A stretch of 64,000 bases of DNA from an uncultured Oscillospiraceae bacterium (GTDB lineage: Bacteria; Bacillota; Clostridia; Christensenellales; CAG-314). Made by a program: the position numbers and the translations under genes. The stretch is taken from positions 56,710-120,709 of the forward strand of contig CAZFTO010000002.1 in NCBI GenBank assembly GCA_964521735.1. The letters are read 5' to 3'. Positions 57,734 to 64,000 of this stretch are shown one piece after another. Numbering within the stretch: the first letter of the stretch is position 1; each line of letters opens with the position of its first letter. Below the pieces are notes generated by a model, which saw only the letters and a list, made by a program, of their open reading frames with translations, was not told the DNA's origin and ran no database searches.

Positions 57734-59120
57734 CAAAACCGTTGTTTACGAGGCGCAGGCCTATTCCAACGCCGAAACGGTTGGGCAAGTTGGCCAGCTT
57801 ACGGTGTTCGTTCCGCAAATGATTGTGGGCGAAAAGGCCGAAGTGCAGCTAACCTACGTAAAAAACGGCGTAGGCTATGGCAAAGTGAAAAGAATTTTGC
57901 AGCCTTCGCCCATGCGCGTGCAACCACCGTGCCAAAACTACGGCAAGTGCGGTGGTTGTTCTTTGATGCACGCAAGCTATGACGAGCAGTTGGTTTTTAA
58001 GCATAACAAAGTGCAAAACAACCTTAAAAAGATTGGCGGGCTTAACGTGGAAGTTTTGCCATGCGTGCCCAGTCCAAAAATTTTGGGATATCGCAACAAA
58101 CTGTCGTTACCCGTGCGTGGCAAGGCTGGATGCGTGCAAATTGGCATGTACAAGCAAAACAGCCACGAAGTTGTTAATTCCGACTTTTGTTTGCTGGGGG
58201 AAGATTGGTGTCAAAAATTGGTGGCGGTTTTCCGCGAATTTTTGAACCAAAACAAAATTGCCCCCTACGACGAAAAAACTTTTGGCGGAACTGTTCGCCA
58301 TTTGGTTGCAAGGTTTGTGGATGACCAGCTGTTAGTAGTTGTGGTAACAAACGGCAAACAAAACGTGGATTGGCAACCGCTTGAACAAAAACTAGGGGAA
58401 AATTTCCCCCAGTTCGGCCTGTTTGTCAACGAAAATTCCCTTAAAAACAACGTTATTTTGGGCAAGGTTACCAAACATGTGGGTGGTTTGCAGTTTATTC
58501 AAAGCACGCATTTGGGTGTGAAATTCCGCTTGCGCCCCACAAGTTTTTTCCAGGTGAACAACCAAGTTAAGGACAAGTTGTATGCAAAGGTAAAACAGCT
58601 TTTAGACGTTTCCCAAACGCAAGTTTTGGTGGATTGTTTTTCTGGCGTGGGAATTTTGACAACCGTTTTGGCTAGCGAAAAATATCAAACCTACGCTGTG
58701 GAAATTGAGCCTTCCGCCGTGCAAGATGCCAAAGAAATTGCCGAGCTAAACAACACGCCGCGCGTCGTCAACGTGTGCGGCGATGCCAACGTTGAACTGC
58801 CTAAAATTGCCACGCAAAACAGCGGAAAAGTGATGTCACTTGTAGTGGATCCGCCTCGCAAAGGTTTGGGAGAAACCATTTGCAACACTATTTTGCAAGC
58901 AGGTTTCAACAACGTGGTTTACGTTTCCTGCGACAGCGCAACTTTGGCGCGCGACTTGAAAATGCTTTCGGTGGGCTACAAAATTGAATACGTTCAGCCC
59001 TACGACATGTTTCCCAACACCACGCAAGTAGAGACGGTATGTCTTTTGTCCAAACTTCAAAATCGGCAGCATATTGAGATTGAGCTGAACATGGACGAGC
59101 CAGATGTGACCGATGCGTAG
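57720..59120 (+). CDS. rlmD: 23S rRNA (uracil-C5)-methyltransferase RlmD/RumA family, ending at an in-frame TAG
   Basis: TRAM-like N-terminus, Fe-S cysteines (CQNYGKCGGCSLMH), SAM motif DCFSGVGI and catalytic YVSCDSATLARD. AGGAAC SD before ATG 57720. The frame stays open beyond TAG 59118-59120. Confidence 0.85.
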   Translation: MKETSKTVVYEAQAYSNAETVGQVGQLTVFVPQMIVGEKAEVQLTYVKNGVGYGKVKRILQPSPMRVQPPCQNYGKCGGCSLMHASYDEQLVFKHNKVQNNLKKIGGLNVEVLPCVPSPKILGYRNKLSLPVRGKAGCVQIGMYKQNSHEVVNSDFCLLGEDWCQKLVAVFREFLNQNKIAPYDEKTFGGTVRHLVARFVDDQLLVVVVTNGKQNVDWQPLEQKLGENFPQFGLFVNENSLKNNVILGKVTKHVGGLQFIQSTHLGVKFRLRPTSFFQVNNQVKDKLYAKVKQLLDVSQTQVLVDCFSGVGILTTVLASEKYQTYAVEIEPSAVQDAKEIAELNNTPRVVNVCGDANVELPKIATQNSGKVMSLVVDPPRKGLGETICNTILQAGFNNVVYVSCDSATLARDLKMLSVGYKIEYVQPYDMFPNTTQVETVCLLSKLQNRQHIEIELNMDEPDVTDA

Positions 59121-59336
59121 AAGAAAGCCACTTATCTCGAAATCAAGGAATATGTGATGGAACATTACGGCTATAAAAGCCCCGGCCTGTATATTGCACA
59201 GGTCAAGCAGAAGTGTGGCATCATTGAGCGTGAGAATTATAATAAGTCCAAGTATGAGCATCCCAAACAGGCAAAATGCCCGCCGGATAAAGAGGCGGCT
59301 AGTATGGAAGCTCTGCAACATTTTGGGACGATTTAA
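59121..59336 (+). pseudogene. In-frame continuation of rlmD (72 codons) cut off by the TAG at 59118-59120
   Basis: Same frame as rlmD and no SD before the internal GTG/ATG at 59154/59157. It encodes KKATYLEIKEYV...LYIAQVKQKCGIIERENYN...CPPDKEAA..ALQHFGTI, which resembles tails I recall as contiguous in clostridial RlmD-type proteins. Confidence 0.5.
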
Positions 59337-59345
59337 GAGGGATAG

Positions 59346-60047
59346 ATGATGGGCAGCATAACAAAGGAGCAATATTTGCGTGCCCCCTGTGGAAGTGCAT
59401 CCGTTCCTTATTGGAAAGTAAAATCCATTGTGGTGCCGGAGGGTATGATGATCGTGCATAGTAGTGCGTATCAGCAGGAAGCCTATGGTGGCTATGTGGA
59501 TGAGCCTTCTTTTCGTCTTTTCCATAATTTGCAGAATTTGACAAAGCCATCGCTTCCTACCGGATTTTCTGTTTGCGAAGCAACTCTTTCCGATTTTGCG
59601 GCGCATATCAATCGTTGCAACACCGGAATTGGCATCACAGAAGCGGAACTGCGTAGTTACACCGAAAGAGCCACTAACAACAAAACACTGTGGTTAGCTG
59701 TTCAAGACGATCAGACCGAAAAAATTGTTGCCACTGCCATTGGCGAATCGGATGGAAATTTTGGTGAAGGCGTGTTGTAGTGGGTTCAAGTGTCCAAAGA
59801 GTATTGGGGACAGCGACTTGGGAACTATCTTGTTTCGGAGCTTCTAGGGCGCATGAAAGATCTTGCAGATTTCGCTACGGTGTCAGGACAATGCAAGAAT
59901 CTGTCTCGCCCGGAAAGATTATGCCGCAAGTGCGGTTTTGCCGGTAATGATGTGTGGCACATTTTAAGAAAAATACAGAAAAACTACGAAGGCATCCATG
60001 AGATTACGCAAAATGTAGTAAAATCCCTATATACACAAAACAGTTAG
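59346..60047 (+). pseudogene. GNAT family N-acetyltransferase interrupted by an in-frame TAG (59778-59780)
   Basis: GAGGGA SD and an ATGATG start. The TAG sits directly before WVQVSKEYWGQRLGNYLVSELL (GNAT motif A region), and the frame stays open to 60047. Confidence 0.6.
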
Positions 60048-60066
60048 TCAATAAAAGGAGTTTACC

Positions 60067-60621
60067 ATGAGAAAAAGTTTAGATGCAAAAGCGCTTATTT
60101 ATCCGCAACCGGTTTTGATTGTTTCTACCTATAATGCCGATGGCACACCAAATGCCATGACGGCCGCCTGGGGTGGAGTTCGCGACCATGACAAGCTGTT
60201 TATCGTATTGGACGAAAATCACGTCACAACCAAAAATATTTTGCGCAGTGGTGATTTTGTTGTTAGCATGGCTGATAAAGCAAACGTTGTTGCTTGCGAC
60301 TACGTCGGGATGGTTTCTGCCGCTAGTTGCCCTAACAAAATTGAAAACGCCGGTTTCACGGTGGAAAAGAGCAAGGTTATAAACGCTCCGCTTATAAGTC
60401 AGTTGAAGTTGGCGTTGGAATGCAAACTTATCAGCTACGAAGACGAAGTGCTTGTTGGGCAGGTAGTGGGCGTTTCCGCCGATGAAGAAATTTTGACGGA
60501 CGGAAAAGTGGACGTTGCAAAACTCAACCCCATCACTTACGATACGGCTGTGCATACCTACGTTGCGTTGGGCGAAGTTGTGGGCAAAGCGTTTAGCGAC
60601 GGCAACAAACTAAAAAAATAA
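60067..60621 (+). CDS. Flavin reductase-like FMN-binding protein
   Basis: AAGGAG SD, PNAMTAAWGG segment and about 184 aa, typical of the flavin reductase-like domain family. Confidence 0.8.
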   Translation: MRKSLDAKALIYPQPVLIVSTYNADGTPNAMTAAWGGVRDHDKLFIVLDENHVTTKNILRSGDFVVSMADKANVVACDYVGMVSAASCPNKIENAGFTVEKSKVINAPLISQLKLALECKLISYEDEVLVGQVVGVSADEEILTDGKVDVAKLNPITYDTAVHTYVALGEVVGKAFSDGNKLKK

Positions 60622-60669
60622 ATTTTGCGTACAACCGCTTTACGGCGGCTGCTTGCGCCAGGAGAAAAA

Positions 60670-61233
60670 ATGTCAAATTTGTATTTATTCGATTGCTTCG
60701 GAGTCGTTATATCCGACGTTTCCACTTTGTGGATGCAAAACAGATTTTCCCAAGAACAAATAGACTACGCGCGCAATCAGGTTTTCACGCAGGTGGATTG
60801 CGGCAAAATGTCCTTTGATAGTTGCATGGAAGTGTTGGCACAAATGAGCGGCCAAACAAAACAAGCCGTCTACGATCAGTGGGATGAACTAACCTATCCT
60901 CTTGCGGAAACAATTTCGATTTTGCAACAACTAAAAAACAATCACACCGTTGCGCTGCTATCCAACGCCGCATCCGATTATCTTCACGGACTTTTTGAAA
61001 GGTTTTCGCTAGATAAGTATTTTCACAGGTTGTTTGTTTCGGCAGAAATGGGTTGCGCAAAACCCGGCAAAGAAATTTACCAAAAGTGTTTGGCAAGCTT
61101 CACCGAAAAATTCGATCAAGTGTATTTTGTGGACGACAACCCTGCCAACTTGGTGCAACCGTCGAAAATGGGCATAAAAACCGTGCAATTTGTTTCGGCG
61201 GAGCAACTGAAACAGCAACTTGGATTGTGTTAG
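60670..61233 (+). CDS. HAD superfamily hydrolase (YihX-like motif I variant)
   Basis: AGGAGAAAAA SD. Motif I LFDCFGVV, LLSNA (motif II-like) and FVDDN (motif IV). Confidence 0.75.
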   Translation: MSNLYLFDCFGVVISDVSTLWMQNRFSQEQIDYARNQVFTQVDCGKMSFDSCMEVLAQMSGQTKQAVYDQWDELTYPLAETISILQQLKNNHTVALLSNAASDYLHGLFERFSLDKYFHRLFVSAEMGCAKPGKEIYQKCLASFTEKFDQVYFVDDNPANLVQPSKMGIKTVQFVSAEQLKQQLGLC

Positions 61234-61385
61234 TTGCAAGGGTTTTTCAAAAACATTTCGCGGCGCTAAACAAACAAAACTAGCAGTCAAAGTGTGTAGT
61301 TGTACTTTTTGCGGCAATGCGTCAGCAACTAGAACAAAACAACTGCTGCTTTACGCAACAAAATTATTTACAATTCGAGGCAACA

Positions 61386-62102
61386 ATGAAACAGTTTTGC
61401 AGAACGGAAATGCTAATAGGGGAAGATGCTCAACGCGCGCTTAACAAAGGCCACGTTGCCGTTTTTGGCTTGGGCGGCGTGGGCAGTTACGCCGTGGAAG
61501 CATTGGCCCGTGCAGGCGTGGGCAAATTGACCATTGTGGATTTTGACGTTGTGGACGAAACCAATATCAACCGGCAATTGTTTGCGCTTCATTCCACCGT
61601 GGGAAAACCCAAAACGGAAGTGGCTAAGGCGCGCATTGCCGATATTAACCCAAATGCGCAAGTGCAGGCGTTGCGTGTGCGCTTTGACCAAACCACGGCG
61701 GACCAAATTGATTTTTCTGCCTTCGACTACGTTATCGATGCCATAGATATGGTGACTTCCAAACTGTTGCTAGCAGAAGTGTGCTCGGCGCAAAACGTGC
61801 CCATTATCAGTTGCATGGGCACTGGCAACAAGCTGGATGCTTCGGCTTTTTGCGTTGCCGATGTGTTTCAAACAAGCGTTTGTCCGCTGGCCAAAGTGAT
61901 GCGCAAAGAACTTAAAGCAAGGGGCATAACAAAACTAAAAGTGGTGTATTCCCCCGAGCAACCCGCAATGCCCAAGGCACAATCGTTGCAAAACGAAACG
62001 ACTGTGCGCAGAGCAACGCCGTCTAGCATATCTTTTGTGCCGCCCGTTGCAGGCATGCTACTTGCCGGCGAAGCAATTAAACATATTGCAGGGCTATACT
62101 AG
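61386..62102 (+). CDS. tcdA: tRNA threonylcarbamoyladenosine dehydratase (ThiF/E1-like)
   Basis: GLGGVGS nucleotide-binding loop and VDFDVVDETNINRQ, about 238 aa, TcdA/YgdL-like. Confidence 0.8.
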   Translation: MKQFCRTEMLIGEDAQRALNKGHVAVFGLGGVGSYAVEALARAGVGKLTIVDFDVVDETNINRQLFALHSTVGKPKTEVAKARIADINPNAQVQALRVRFDQTTADQIDFSAFDYVIDAIDMVTSKLLLAEVCSAQNVPIISCMGTGNKLDASAFCVADVFQTSVCPLAKVMRKELKARGITKLKVVYSPEQPAMPKAQSLQNETTVRRATPSSISFVPPVAGMLLAGEAIKHIAGLY

Positions 62103-62241
62103 AATTGCCGTGTGTTCCAACCGACTTGCGCAACCCCTTTTGCAAAAGCATTGCCGTTTGTGCGACAAACCAGTTGCACGGCCAAGCCGTTATGCAAAAC
62201 AGACGAAAATTTAATATTGCTTTTGATGCGAAAACAACTTT

Positions 62242-62273
62242 GCCTCGCGCCTGAGAGGACGTGAGGCTTTTTT
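62242..62273 (+). terminator. Rho-independent terminator after tcdA
   Basis: GCCTCGCG ... CGTGAGGC stem (one G-U pair) followed by TTTTTT. Confidence 0.65.
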
Positions 62274-62293
62274 ATGCAATGCAATTTGGGCAA

Positions 62294-62320
62294 ACAAAAA
62301 GGCACCGAAATTCGGTGCCT
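62294..62320 (-). terminator. Rho-independent terminator of the P-type ATPase gene
   Basis: AGGCACCGAA/TTCGGTGCCT palindrome. On the minus strand it is followed by TTTTTGTTTG. Confidence 0.75.
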
Positions 62321-62349
62321 TACGTTGAAAATTGTTGAGCGCTAAAAAA

Positions 62350-64000
62350 CTATTTTGCGTTTGCAAGTTTTTTTGCCTTTGAACGGTTGTAGGCGTTGGT
62401 GATAACTTTTTGAATTTCCACCAAAGGTATCACGCAGAATGCCATTGCCAATGCCACGAAGTATTCGGGAATGGTGATGCAGGCTTCGCCACTTTCGGTA
62501 GCAAATCCAAATGCGGCATTCAAGCCGGGGATGAAGATGACGGCGGTGGTGAGTGCCAACGAACCTATCATGGATGCCCACAAAATTTTGTTGTGCGAAT
62601 GCATTGTGAATATGCTTTGATGAGCGTTGCGGTTGTTGTATGCGTGGAATATTTCTGCCATGCTAAGCGCCAAGAACGCCATTGTCATGCCCTGTTCGCC
62701 GTGTTCGGTTGTTAGCATTTCGTGAACGGGCACGTGTTCCATTGCCAAACCAACAAAGTAGGCGGCAAGGGTGATGATGGTTAGGTAGATGCCGTGAAGA
62801 ACAACGTTGATTCCCAAGCCGCCGGCAAAAATGCCTTCGTTCTTTTTGCGGGGAGCGCGATTCATAACGTTGGGTTCGGCTTTTTCCATTCCCAAAGCAA
62901 TTGCAGGGAAGGTGTCGGTTATAAGGTTTATCCAAAGCAAGTGAGCAGGTTTCAAAAGGGTGAAGCCCAAAACCGTTGCCACAAACATGGAAATTACTTC
63001 TGCCAAGTTGGAAGAAAGCAAAAATTGAATACATTTGCGAATGTTGTCGTAAATTCTTCTGCCTTCGCCCACAGCGGAAACTATCGTTGCAAAGTTGTCG
63101 TCCGAAAGAACCATGTCGGCGGTGTTTTTGGTAACGTCCGTTCCGGTTATGCCCATTCCAACGCCGATATCTGCGCTCTTTATGGAAGGTGCATCGTTAA
63201 CGCCGTCACCCGTCATTGCGCAAACTTTGCCAAGCTTTTTCCAAGTGTTGACTATGCGCACTTTGTGTTCCGGTTGAACGCGAGCGTACACGGAATATTT
63301 AACAATGTTTTGTTCCAATTCTTCGTCGCTCATTGCATCCAAGGCGGATCCCAAAACTGCTTCGCTAGCATCGGAAATTATTCCCAGTTGTTTTGCGATG
63401 GCAACGGCCGTGTCGATGTGGTCGCCGGTTATCATAATGGGGCGAATGCCTGCCGTGCGGCATCTGACAATTGCATCCACAACTTCTTCACGCACGGGGT
63501 CGATCATCCCGCACAAGCCAACAAATACAAGGTCGTTTTCGATGCTTTCGGGAGCAACGTTTTGCGGCAACGAATCGTAGTTTTTAATTGCCAAAGCAAG
63601 CACGCGCAACGCTTCGTCGGCCATGTTTTTGTTCTGTGCCAAAACTTCTTTGCGCAGTTCTTCCGTCAAAGTTTGAACTTTGCCGTCCTTCAAAATTTTG
63701 GTGCAACGAGCAATAATTTCGTCGGGCGCACCTTTTGTGTATTGCACAACTTGGTTGCCGTTGCCGTGCAAGGTGGACATCATTTTGCGCATGCTGTCGA
63801 AGGGGGCTTCGGATACGCGCGGCGTGGCTTTTTCTAAGTCGTTTTTGATAAGTCCGTTTGCGTAGGCAAAGTTTACAAGCGCACATTCCGTCGGTTCGCC
63901 AACGGCCGTGCCGTGGTTCAAAGTTGCATCGCAGCACAATGCCATTCCTGTTGCCAAAAGTTTTTCGTCAAACGAATAGCTTTTCACAACCGTCATTTTG
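62350..64000 (-). CDS. P-type cation-transporting ATPase (Ca2+/PMCA-SERCA-like), C-terminal about 550 aa; 5' end outside window
   Basis: MITGDH, MTGDGVNDAPSIKSADIGVGMG (hinge) and C-terminal TM helices. The frame is open to the window edge. Confidence 0.9.
   Translation of the reverse strand, partial: KMTVVKSYSFDEKLLATGMALCCDATLNHGTAVGEPTECALVNFAYANGLIKNDLEKATPRVSEAPFDSMRKMMSTLHGNGNQVVQYTKGAPDEIIARCTKILKDGKVQTLTEELRKEVLAQNKNMADEALRVLALAIKNYDSLPQNVAPESIENDLVFVGLCGMIDPVREEVVDAIVRCRTAGIRPIMITGDHIDTAVAIAKQLGIISDASEAVLGSALDAMSDEELEQNIVKYSVYARVQPEHKVRIVNTWKKLGKVCAMTGDGVNDAPSIKSADIGVGMGITGTDVTKNTADMVLSDDNFATIVSAVGEGRRIYDNIRKCIQFLLSSNLAEVISMFVATVLGFTLLKPAHLLWINLITDTFPAIALGMEKAEPNVMNRAPRKKNEGIFAGGLGINVVLHGIYLTIITLAAYFVGLAMEHVPVHEMLTTEHGEQGMTMAFLALSMAEIFHAYNNRNAHQSIFTMHSHNKILWASMIGSLALTTAVIFIPGLNAAFGFATESGEACITIPEYFVALAMAFCVIPLVEIQKVITNAYNRSKAKKLANAK

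Noticed and set aside
58836-59606. 256-aa minus-strand ORF spanning the rlmD 3' end and the GNAT 5' end. I considered it as a possible real gene of the foreign block.
   Set aside because: No SD precedes its ATG. Its composition is rich in H/L/I/F/R with no domain signature. It runs antisense across three + strand frames that do have recognisable homology.
1-64000. Scanned for CRISPR repeats, tRNA/rRNA genes, IS inverted repeats, transposase or integrase genes, toxin-antitoxin pairs and known defence-system hallmarks.
   Set aside because: I recognised none. This was a by-eye scan, so short or divergent elements, especially small RNAs, could have been missed. tRNAscan-SE, Infernal, ISEScan and DefenseFinder runs would settle it.

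Overview
This 64-kb window reads as core chromosome of a spore-forming anaerobic Firmicute. The Clostridia-like markers are spoIIE, spmA/spmB, a gerA-type germinant-receptor operon and a three-subunit [FeFe]-hydrogenase (hydC-hydB-hydA). I call about 58 protein-coding genes, mostly on the + strand, with many 4-11 nt start/stop overlaps. I saw no rRNA, tRNA, CRISPR array, IS element, integrase or recognisable riboswitch/T-box.

Content:
- Two heterodimeric ABC exporters, one next to an OmpR/HK two-component system.
- A minus-strand metG-tatD-radical SAM-queH operon.
- leuS, cysK, a DUF1385-prmC fusion followed by prfA, and a NitT/TauT-like ABC importer.
- MBL hydrolase-CPBP protease-rlmH, and DUF951-lepB.
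- M18 aminopeptidase coupled to a RimK-like ATP-grasp ligase, a phosphohexomutase, an ABC-2 exporter and nagA.
- rlmD, a flavin reductase, a HAD hydrolase, tcdA and a partial P-type ATPase.

The ORF track contains many long antisense shadow ORFs, which I rejected. Several real genes start downstream of the longest-ORF start, judged by SD spacing and overlap with the upstream stop.

I did not find a convincing multi-gene novel system. The only accessory-looking patch is about 1 kb at 59.0-60.05 kb. There codon choice changes abruptly at the 3' end of rlmD, and two consecutive reading frames each carry an in-frame TAG. The other second-look items are a gerA-type gene frameshifted in a G6 run, the DUF1385-PrmC fusion, a stand-alone GlmU acetyltransferase domain, the peptidase/ATP-grasp pair, and a small orphan P-loop protein after the hydrogenase. 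All family assignments rest on motifs read by eye and remembered family signatures. No database search was run.
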